A stretch of 64,000 nt of DNA from Azolla caroliniana. Lineage: Eukaryota; Plantae; Polypodiophyta. The DNA is taken from NCBI GenBank assembly GCA_043228905.1, contig JBHGNT010000022.1, positions 930,001-994,000 on the forward strand, written 5' to 3'. The notes under the pieces are model-generated. The model did not search any database, was not told the DNA's origin, and saw only the letters and a list, made by a program, of their open reading frames with translations. Of the stretch, positions 39,401-47,697 are shown one piece after another (position 1 is the first letter of the stretch; every line of letters starts with the position of its first letter). Both the position numbers and the translations under genes were made by a program.

Positions 39401-39520
39401 AAGCCGGAAGATAAAGCGGCGATGATCAAACTTCTCACGGAGTTTCGCGACGTATTCGCCTGGTCATACGAAGACATGCGAGGGCTGGACCCTCAATTAT
39501 ATCAGCATCAGATCCACTGA
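36467..39520 (+). CDS. gag: Intact Gag-aspartic protease polyprotein (1017 aa) of element B
   Basis: Retrotransposon gag core (TLEGPATRW), three CCHC knuckles and protease VIDGGSGVNV. It ends at the pre-RT motif FAWSYEDMRGLDPQLYQHQIH*. Confidence 0.9.
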   Translation: MTRPTHDLVTDRARRIAERQRRRETFQQAAQEIRSDRSFSNEIRRVAEESLRLRQTRNQDDGSSLSSLRETERLLEALASGENEAEAFSAYESDSEGGYSVHTNYRSSNDTPGGPEDDGSDTVPTPEPEPRNQGYPEPQTEAVNPPTPEVEEAKPPTPTKEPAKVPEEEPDKGPAKEPEVKPEKEPERYQQTPLNLCLILDDDMPFQYSKYRDDPDAEAHVDDFEQTWEANHTSQRMTPEEEERSKIAEFGVTLEGPATRWRRSQDPATITTFAELKAKFLHFFHKEVDQTTMVGLFYTIRQEAGESIPQFVIRFQRMHSQLARAPPEEELRTIFLNALREPLRTVCTVIDFRGCTIDQVIDRVREMEKTSSWLTLGTLQRALPTEEDLRFRQAIQCTICLNAGHSAVECTMRTQCVICQSKSHTTDRCEYNLLNRQAPPVRRIEPRSSRDEDDDRWQRGNRYPPAQDVRYGDRQENDGRYGNRRDNYDRYERSDRYREPNRRHEQYDRDNSPGYRRHQEDYGRFYDPPRPDYRNKHKNNKKRNFKKGGHPRDPEHGIPRSQPAQNAPLATGPTPATSNAESSNTRKEYCYYCRQEGHYSNQCPVKSYEKRPAVNMVVPEVTDVQQVTTRSKGMAKEWETQEAIRRQATEWVKEANEKNVADAERQKANTIGSAGGSHPENETWQALQECQITLPLGRLLQLVPRFTEGLKTGMTDGIAPPAPVLFSNPEEGPTVVDTSSPVITAIVKGHELPGTVIDGGSGVNVISLRTCDALGIHEWEPCPFWLRMADTSSVRPTGLIRKLEVTIGGHTFHISAVVLQLQAQGAYPLLLGRPWLKTAHIKQNWRKNMITFRRGKAKVRVPTQPRTSNGKECTPLYAECVNMLEGLADDEEAQYLEEHPKIVPLFEIDVAEAVAAYLPQRDDIEAEPDKDAIRELRQAQEALEREMAVSQRVKASQLDEVNLGSKDESKPVHIAKEMKPEDKAAMIKLLTEFRDVFAWSYEDMRGLDPQLYQHQIH

Positions 39521-39833
39521 GGTATGAACGGGTGTGAAAGCGAGGCGCGAAAAGGTACGTAGTGGGCATTTAAGAGACGCCACGCTACTTAATACTAAAT
39601 TAGTACACGACGTGTGCATGCTCGAAAAAGGCGCCAAAACGCACAAAGAAGAAGCAGAACGCATGGAGACCTTTTCATTTCGCGAGCCAAGAAGCACAGA
39701 AGCACCAAGACAGTGGAAGCTGAGCAAACGCGAACCTGCACGCAGAGAAACCCCGCGCTCAGAACGCTCTCTCTCTCGCTCTCACTCTCATCACCACTCT
39801 ACTTCGCCATCTTCCCTCGACCTTGAAGCAGAC

Positions 39834-41963
39834 ATGGAACCACAAACGCTGTCGGAAGCGGCCAGGAAATGGTTCAGGCAAAACGGACTGGAGGGGTTCT
39901 TGGCCATCATGGAGGCACCGCCGCACAGAGAAGCAGACCGGGTCATCAAGGAGCTCGCCACAGAGGTCATCACCGAGGAAGCGATCCGCGCGCTAACAGG
40001 CCTTCCGGAGGGAGGAATCTTTCAGATCGATAACCCAACCTCGGAGCAACTCACCCGATATTTCGGTGAGTACTCTGTTGCCGGCAAAGGCTATCGGACG
40101 CAGGGCGGCGAAGATCCGCTATTCAGGGAGATAGCTCGAGTGCTCCACGAGTACGGTCACGTGTACCCCCGACCCCCTGTCATGCCAAAAAATCGGGCAG
40201 GGATGATCATAGCCACCTATGAAGGGGTCAAGGTGGACTGGCCGGTGCTGATTGCAGACGGGTTGTGCATGGCAATCGACATGGTACGAGGGAAGGACGG
40301 CAAGGAGGGCCGGAAGCTGTGGCACGCCGTAGCTCAATGGATCACATTGCTCGTGCCGCCGGTCGAGACCGTCCAGCCAAAGAAGCGGCCAAGAGTATCG
40401 GAAGGAAGCACCTCGAAGCCGGCGTCCAAACGACAGCAGCTGCTGGCGTCGAAGGCGACGAAAGGGAAGAAACGGGTCCCAGAACCGGAGGAGGTGTCAC
40501 CGGTCCGACCCGTCAAGATAACCTTACGGAGACCGGGACAGAAGGAACCGGAACCCCTGACGGCACAGAAGTATGCCGTGACACAGGAAGATGAAACGGA
40601 GGAGCCAGAAGAGCACCTCCAACGACGGTCAAGAAGTAGGACCGCCGAGACAGGAGGGGAGCGGTCGTACCCGCGAGAGGCAGAAACGCCCCCAACTCAA
40701 CCTGAGCAAGCCACAAGGGAAGAACCGGAACCGGTGCGCAGGGAACCGGTCTTGTCGACTTCTATAGAAGAAGTCAGTCCAACGGCTCCGGAGACGGCGA
40801 CAACCGGAACTCAACAGCCGGCGAGCCCAGCCAGAGCACACGGCGGCCAAGGAGTAGAACCAGAACGGCATATGCAGGCAATCAGGCCAGACAATTCCAC
40901 AGTGAATGAGCCGACCCGACCAGTACAGCAACAGGGCACCAGTAGCATGTGGCTACGGTGGGTAGGCGAGCAAATCGCCGGAGTGGTCGAGTATATAGAG
41001 GCGGAAGAGAGAGCGCACCAGGAACGGTTGCTCGTCACAACCGTAGATCTAGAGACGGCCCGGTCCAGAATCCGGAGCCTTGAACAAGACTTGGACAGGG
41101 TTACAAGGGAAACACAAGTCCAAGCACCGGTGACTCCGGGCAGTGTACAGAATAAAGTGTCAGATCAACCTGTACATAGCAATCAGACCCCGGCAACGGA
41201 AACCGTTCCGGAGAAAAATGCGGCACAAGAGCTTGCGGATTTAAAGGATGAGCTTGCTGCCCAAGAAGCGCTGAGGAGCCGCGAAAGAGAACTGAAGACG
41301 GCAGCGGAGGCAGAACTCAAAAAGACTGCTGAGAATCTACGCCGGGCCGAGGAGGGCTTACGGAAAGGCCATCAAGCGTACGACCGGCTCAAGGAGGAGA
41401 AGGAGAAAATGCTGCAAGAGAAGGAGAGACTCCGGAGGAACGCCGAAACAGAAGTAGAGCGCCTGAAAGAGGAACTCCGGCAGGTAAAGGACCGGGAAGA
41501 CCGGAACCATCGCCAGATCAACGGCAAGCTCAAACTCAAAACAGAGGAATTTGAGAACTTGCACCGGGAGTATAAACGGTTGCAAACGGAGCACAAAGAA
41601 CGGATGGATGAGCTCCGGCAAGCAGTTGATCGGACCGCAACCGCATTCGCCAAGGAACAAGCGGAAAACAGAAAACGGTTGGAAGAGGCGGAGAAGGTTC
41701 GGACAGAGCTCCTCAGACAACAGCAGGCGGAGAAAGAAAGAGCGGCGGAGGTACTGCAGAGGCTGCAAACGACATATCAAGGGCAGCTGACGCGCTACAG
41801 GGAGCAGGCGGAGGATACGGCAAACCTCATCAAGCAGTTGAAGGAGGAGCGACAAGTGGTGGAAAGCAGAGCACAGATGGGAGCAAGTCGCATCCAAGAT
41901 ATAATGCGGGCCTGGTTGAACCAGACCAAGAGCTTGATTGACAACAGTTCCGTCAAATGGTGA
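39834..41963 (+). CDS. Extra 3' ORF of element B (unknown function; conserved N-terminal domain, P/E-rich linker, long coiled coil)
   Basis: Long open frame from 39534. The likely ATG at 39834 aligns with the element C homolog start. It continues in frame past one TGA to 42506. Confidence 0.75.
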   Translation: MEPQTLSEAARKWFRQNGLEGFLAIMEAPPHREADRVIKELATEVITEEAIRALTGLPEGGIFQIDNPTSEQLTRYFGEYSVAGKGYRTQGGEDPLFREIARVLHEYGHVYPRPPVMPKNRAGMIIATYEGVKVDWPVLIADGLCMAIDMVRGKDGKEGRKLWHAVAQWITLLVPPVETVQPKKRPRVSEGSTSKPASKRQQLLASKATKGKKRVPEPEEVSPVRPVKITLRRPGQKEPEPLTAQKYAVTQEDETEEPEEHLQRRSRSRTAETGGERSYPREAETPPTQPEQATREEPEPVRREPVLSTSIEEVSPTAPETATTGTQQPASPARAHGGQGVEPERHMQAIRPDNSTVNEPTRPVQQQGTSSMWLRWVGEQIAGVVEYIEAEERAHQERLLVTTVDLETARSRIRSLEQDLDRVTRETQVQAPVTPGSVQNKVSDQPVHSNQTPATETVPEKNAAQELADLKDELAAQEALRSRERELKTAAEAELKKTAENLRRAEEGLRKGHQAYDRLKEEKEKMLQEKERLRRNAETEVERLKEELRQVKDREDRNHRQINGKLKLKTEEFENLHREYKRLQTEHKERMDELRQAVDRTATAFAKEQAENRKRLEEAEKVRTELLRQQQAEKERAAEVLQRLQTTYQGQLTRYREQAEDTANLIKQLKEERQVVESRAQMGASRIQDIMRAWLNQTKSLIDNSSVKW

Positions 41964-42506
41964 ACCAAGTGGGCCACGAACGCGGCGGAACTCCAATTGC
42001 TCCGGGCTGACGTAGAGAACTGGCGGAAGGAGGGAGATGATTGCTATATGCTGACTTCCGAAGACTTCACCGGCATAAGAGATGAGCTGGCCGAAGACTT
42101 TCAAGCCTTGGCAGAAGACCAATTAGAGCAAGTCCGGCAACTTGTAGCTCAGCTTGACGACGACAGGCTGGAGGCGCAGATCCAGTTTGAAAGCTACGAG
42201 AGGTCCCGGATCCGGGGAGAGAAAGAACGAGAACCAGTTACGGTCAACCTCAGTGATGAGGAACCGTTACTGGAAGGAGACCGGACCGGAAGCAGTCAAA
42301 CGGAGATGCCGGAGCCAGAGAGACAAACGGAGCAGCCGGAGTCAGCGCAACAAATGGAGCAGCAGCAGCAAGCAGAGCAGCCGGAGCAACCTCAGTCACA
42401 ACCGCAATCACAGCAGCAGCAGCAAGCACAGCCGCAACAACCACAACCGAAAGAACAAGCGGAAATTCTTGAACCAAGTATTTTGGACAATTTGGGTGAA
42501 CAATGA
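41964..42506 (+). CDS. In-frame continuation of the B extra ORF (helical segment and Q/P/E-rich tail)
   Basis: Same frame as 39834-41963 and open directly after the TGA at 41961-41963. Confidence 0.55.
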   Translation, partial: TKWATNAAELQLLRADVENWRKEGDDCYMLTSEDFTGIRDELAEDFQALAEDQLEQVRQLVAQLDDDRLEAQIQFESYERSRIRGEKEREPVTVNLSDEEPLLEGDRTGSSQTEMPEPERQTEQPESAQQMEQQQQAEQPEQPQSQPQSQQQQQAQPQQPQPKEQAEILEPSILDNLGEQ

Positions 42507-42977
42507 AGGGGCCGAGAAGGGTTCGACGTACAAGGTACTGTCCCACGGGCGTGCCATGTGTTACCGGCCGGCAAGGAGTCCAAAATACGGAATTAATTAG
42601 ATGGTTGTAAATGAGCATAGTGTGGACGGACGGACTGGAAACGGTATGCCGTTCCAGATCCGGACGGATCCCGAATAGGTGCGAGAGACACCGTTTTGTA
42701 ATACGGGCCGGAAACCTATTTAAAGGCCCGGACCCCATTGTAATGACAGCGGATAATTAATAGAGCTTATGATGTTTGTATTTCTGTCTTGATTTCCGTT
42801 CTGTAATTACTGTTATATCTTACGCGTGTAATTAACCAAAGCAATCTAATCGTGTAACCTACGTAAGTCGGTGTAATCGTTGAATCTTAATCCTATGCCG
42901 TAATCACCCTTTGGTGAAGTGTCTCCGTGACACCTTGTGTTAGGCCTTGTCCGGCTAAGAGAATAACAGACCGATCG

Positions 42978-43697
42978 CGTCACTCCACATGCACCGCTGC
43001 CTAGCCGGCGGCCTCCGGTCGCGAGGTTGTTCACCGCTGTCTCTTCGGGTCTGTGCGATCTGCAGGTCGCGCACCATCTGTGTTAGCTCCTCCAGAGCCG
43101 CTCCTCCGGATGGGCCTCTGACCACGTCATTCGATGCCGACCCCGACTCCGGCCAGATTCGGGTCTCTTCCTTCCTCCCAGTCGGCACCGAAACCGGCTC
43201 CTCGAGCCTCCTCCCCGCGTCACACCACATGCACCGCTGCCTAGCCGGCGGCCTCTGGTCGCGAGGTTGTTCACCGCTGTCTCTTCGGGCCTGTGCGATC
43301 TGCAGGTCGCGCACCATCTGTGTTAGCTCCTCCAGAGCCGCTCCTCCGGATGGGCCTCTGACCACGTCGTTCGATGCCGACCCCGACTCCGGCCAGATTC
43401 GGGTCTCTTCCTTCCTCCCAGTCGGCACCGAAACCGGCTCCTCGAGCCTCCTCCCCGCGTCACACCACATGCACCGCTGCCTAGCCGGCGGCCTCTGGTC
43501 GCGAGGTTGTTCACCGCTGTCTCTTCGGGCCTGTGCGATCTGCAGGTCGCGCACCATCTGTGTTAGCTCCTCCAGAGCCGCTCCTCCGGATGGGCCTCTG
43601 ACCACGTCGTTCGATGCCGACCCCGACTCCGGCCAGATTCGGGTCTCTTCCTTCCTCCCAGTCGGCACCGAAACCGGCTCCTCGAGCCTCCTCCCCG
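42978..43697 (-). repeat. 3 x 240-bp in-frame tandem repeat in element A gag
   Basis: 80-aa unit GRRLEEPV...RCMWCDA. Two copies look identical and the third differs at ~4 positions. Confidence 0.95.
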
Positions 43698-44360
43698 GGA
43701 CCGGCCCCGACCCCGACGTGCTTCCGTCGCTCCAATCGAGCCGTTTGTCGAAACGGCTGCAGACCCGTTTTACCACAGCCCAGTCCGTCGTGAGCCCTTC
43801 GTCCGTTTCCAATAGGGGCCCCACCTTTTCCCAGTCGAGCGCATCCACCGACTTGACAAACAGCAGTACTCGACTTGTTTCGAGCACCGTCCGGTCCAGC
43901 GTCGACATCCGCGCGAACCGTTTTTCAAACTCCTGGAGGAGCACCGACGTGTTCCTCCCTTTTCCGGGGCTTTCCACCCACGCCATGAAGTTCCGCCTCG
44001 ACAGCCGGAGCGAGTCGTCAAACCCGTACTTCTCGAGGAGCTGCAGCTCGAACTCCTCCCAAGTCTGGCATCCGGCTAGCACCTCGAGCACCTCCACATG
44101 GATGCCCGGCGTCACCACCCGAGGGAATCCGGACAGCCGCTTGTCCACCAAGATATCCCTCATGATCATTTCGGCCTGGTAAGCCTCCAAATAACTTGTG
44201 GTGTCTTTCCCTCCGAAACGGCCTATAGAGCCGATGATCGATTCAATGGCTCTGTCGAGGGTACCCGTTCCCTCACGAGCGCTCACCAGCCAGTCGACGA
44301 CCACTGCCATTTCCTCTGCTAGCTCTGATCCCCTCATCTTTCGACTCCTTTGCCGCCCTT

Positions 44361-44377
44361 TCACGTCGGGTTCACCG
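44361..44377 (-). promoter_or_regulatory. tRNA-Trp primer-binding site of element A
   Basis: CGGTGAACCCGACGTGA versus the expected TGGTGAACCCGACGTGA (complement of the plant tRNA-Trp 3' end), 4 nt after the LTR. Confidence 0.75.
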
Positions 44378-44895
44378 ATTATGTCGTGTTGTTATGCGCG
44401 TACGTGTAGAAAGGGGCGGGACCACGGGGGTCTTGGACCGAGGAGTGAGAGAGAGAGAGAGAGAGAGATTCACGGACACGTAGAAGCGAGAAAGAGAGAT
44501 ATAGAACGTAACACTTAATTATAATGACAAGGGATTACAAACTCCGACAGTTACAACCGACAAAGCGGCGAAGGACCCGACACAGGGACCCTACTCACGC
44601 ACACCGACGACAGTCACACGACTCAAAGAAACAAAAGGGGAAAGGGAGCGACTCTGCTGGAAGCACACGAGCTGTCCACGAAGCAGAGGCAGCGACCTCC
44701 CGACACCCGCAGAGAGCGACGATTCGAGTCCAAGAGAGAGAGAGCTCCGCCTTCCGTTCTGCAGCAACCCCTCTTTCTTTTCCAACGCGCGATACCCGTT
44801 TTCCCTTGTCCTCTTCCCTTTATTCCCTGTCCCTCTGACTGGGATACGCTCAATCCCCCCCCCTAATAAATGTGTGCGGCTTAGTTTGTACATCC

Positions 44896-45400
44896 ACCGG
44901 TTCGTGTACAAATAACAAGTCACGCGTCCATCCGTGTAAGGGCTGGTTTACGCACTTTCTCTCCGATTCCGCCTATGGCCGGTTTTCTTCACGACAATGG
45001 ATTGACGGAGATCGTAGGAATAGAAATGTTGAAAAGAGGGCGGAACCCATAGTTTGCAAAGAATGGGTAAACCTAGTTGAAGCATGGATACTATTATTGT
45101 AGGAAAATTCTTCCATTGCAAGGAAGTCAACCGGTTCGTGTACAAATAACAAGTATTTACATCCACCGGTTCGTGTACAAATAACAAGTCACGCGTTCAT
45201 CCGTGTAAGGGCCGGTTTATGCGCTTTCTCTTCGATTCCGCCTATAGCCGGATTTCTTCACCACAATGGATTGACGGAGATCGTAGGAATAGAAATGTTG
45301 AAAAGAGGGCGGAACCCATAGTTTGCAAAGAATGGGGAAACCTAGTTGAAGCATGGATACTATTATTGTAGGAAAATTCTTCCATTGCAAGGAAGTCAAC
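44896..45400. repeat. ~270-bp tandem duplication spanning the element A LTR/host junction
   Basis: 44896-45130 recurs at ~45166-45400, with a short extra partial copy at 45131-45165. Confidence 0.85.
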
Positions 45401-45596
45401 CCAATCCTCTTGTTGGTAGCTTGTGATACACTAGAGGTATTGTTCGAGGATTTGGTTGAGTCTTTCGATTTGTCCCTCAATTTGAGGATGGCATGATGAT
45501 GACAAGTTCACAGAAGTCCCGAATGTTTGTAGAAGTCGTTGCTAGAAGTGAGAGACGAATGGATAACGTCGGTCAGAGGTGATGTCTTCGGGTAAG

Positions 45597-47697
45597 TGTT
45601 ACCAGGGCGGCTCAACCCTAGAATGAAAGTCTAAAGTAGTAGTCGTAAAGTAGTAGTAGTCGCAAGTATAGTCGACCGACCTAGGGGTTGAAAGAATACG
45701 TGAAGTCGTAAGTCAAACGACTAAGAAATGTAATAGTTGTAAAATGCCAAATAAAAAATTAAGTAGTTATAACGGTTGTTTTATGATTCTTGCCGAAAGG
45801 CAGTTTTGTAGCTTCTTGGAGAGAACTTCTTGTACCACCTATAAAAAAGGCATACAGGGCATTGTAAAAGGGATCAATCTGTAAGTGTATCAATTTATTA
45901 TATAATTTTAGTTTAGAGTACTTTGTGCTTCATTGTCATTATGTTGTTCTGAGAGTCGATCATATTGAGTCGTACGACCAGAGAGAGGGTGTGTCTCTAT
46001 ATACAGTCGATCATAGGGTTGAGAGTGATTAAGTGTCACACTTACATCTATGTGTGTGATTAAGGTAAGTGAGTGATCTTGAAGTGAGAAATATAAGAGA
46101 GTGAGAATTAATCGGGAGTGACTATCAGTAAGTAAGCAATTGTGGTCAACCGAATCTATATCTCCAACCACAATTCCCTTGGTAGGACGACTTAGAGAGT
46201 AAGTCGTACGAACCTTTGTGTTTGTCGACCAAGAAGGTGGCAACACAAAATTTGGCATGCCCAGTTAAATTTGTCAGAGACAGGGGACAAAGGAGAATGG
46301 ATGTCGTCTAGTCGACATAGTAAAGGACAATCTGCTGGAAGCAGACGATCACACACACGATCAGAAGCCCGACATGGGCAAGAGGAGAATTTGACTAATT
46401 CAGAGTTTTTCGAACGTATTCAACAGGAGGCTAAAGAGGAACTATGGTCAATCCCAAATTTGGAGACTACAACCAACAATAGCTTGGACGAAGAGACGCC
46501 CGACCAGCACCTACAACTAATCGATTCGACAAAAGTTTCAGAGGAGGATATAATGTTGTATCCCTATCCCAAATACAATGATAAAGCAGATGCAGAAGTG
46601 CATGTGTAGCCCATGTGCATGCCTTCCTTATGACATGGCAAGCCAACCATGTCTCATAGAGATTATCACCAACCAACGCAGATGGATCGAAAATTGCGGA
46701 ATTTGGATTGTCGTTAGAAGGACAATCAGCCAATTGGTACTCACAGCACAACCAAGGCGAGTTTGAATCATTTAAACAACTCACTAACAAATTTGTCAGA
46801 CTATTTCATTGGCAAATCACGCAATGGGAACTTAGGAGACTATTACATGTGGCCTATCAAGAAACCCATGAAACCCATCTTCTTGGTCGACAAACACAAA
46901 GGGTCCAAGGGAATTGTGGTTGGAGATATGGATCCGGTCAACTATAATTGCTTACTTACTTACTGATATTCACTCCCGCTTAATTCTCACTCTCTTATGA
47001 GCCTATTCTATGAAGCCTACCAAGAAGCTCATGAAACTCATCTTCTTGGTCAACATCGGACAACTTACTCTTTAAGTCCTACTAATGAAATTGTGGTTGG
47101 AGATATGGATTCAGTCAACTATAATTGCTTACTTACTGATATTCACTCCTGATTAATTCTCATTCTCCTATAATTCTCACTTCAAGATCACTCACTTACC
47201 TTAATCATACACACATAGATGTAATTGTGACACTTAATCACTCTCAACCCTATGATCAAATATAGAGACACTCCCTCTCTGTGGTTGTACTACTCAATAT
47301 TATCGACTCTCAAAACAACATAATAACAATGAAGTATAGATTACTCTAAACTAAATTATATTAAATTGATACTCTTAAACATTGATCGCATTTACAATGC
47401 CCTGTACCCCTTTTTTATAGGTGATACAGGAAGTTCTCTCGAAGAAGCTATAAAACTGCTTTTTGGTAAGAATCATAAAACAACCATTATAACTACTTAG
47501 TTTTTTACTTGGCATTTTATGACTATTATATTTTCGATTGTTATATTTTTTAGTCGTTCGACTTACGACTTCACGCCTATCCTTTTCTTTCGACTACATG
47601 TTCTTTTGGCCCCTAGTTCAGTCGACTATACTTACGACTACTATTTTTCGACTACTACTTTAGACTTTCATCCTAGAGTCGACTTGCCCTGGTCACA
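45597..47697. mobile_element. Fold-back retroelement derivative: LTR (45597-46245), Arg-type PBS (46253-46265), B/C-type gag fragment, inverted LTR (~47040-47697)
   Basis: Both ends read TGT(T/G)ACCAGGGC inward. Flanks are GGTAAG/GTTAAG. Removal restores host LHNLPEDITSDR in frame. Confidence 0.8.

Larger units (their letters stand above)
36006..42968 (+). mobile_element. Element B: young non-autonomous gypsy (gag-PR plus extra ORF, no RT/RH/IN); 410-bp LTRs 36006-36415 and 42559-42968; TSD GACCG
   Basis: The LTRs look identical by eye. TG...CA termini, GACCG at 36001-36005 and 42969-42973, PBS at 36422. Confidence 0.95.
34757..44337 (-). pseudogene. Element A gag-protease ORF (870 aa when rejoined: 44337-42974 + 36005-34757), split by element B in its zinc knuckle
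   Basis: Rejoining gives CMWSDAIGHIRKDC with no stops. Protease motif ALVDHGFEINLM. Confidence 0.85.
30267..44996 (-). mobile_element. Element A: Ty3/gypsy, non-chromoviral (Phygy/Selgy-like by inference); LTRs 30267-30889 and 44382-44996, 4-bp TSD ACGG/ATGG
   Basis: Two ~620-bp LTRs with about 20 differences. PPT GTGGGGGTGGA at 30890-30900. Trp PBS. Domain order gag-PR, RT (PFLDD), RNase H, IN. Host integrase VNPLVE is restored in frame only with a 4-bp duplication. Confidence 0.92.

Noticed and set aside
39534-42506. Calling the B extra ORF an env gene
   Set aside because: No signal peptide or transmembrane segment is visible, and the protein is hydrophilic.
42989-44182. 397-aa plus-strand ORF and other long antisense ORFs in A, B and E
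   Set aside because: These are shadow frames of GC-rich retroelement coding DNA.
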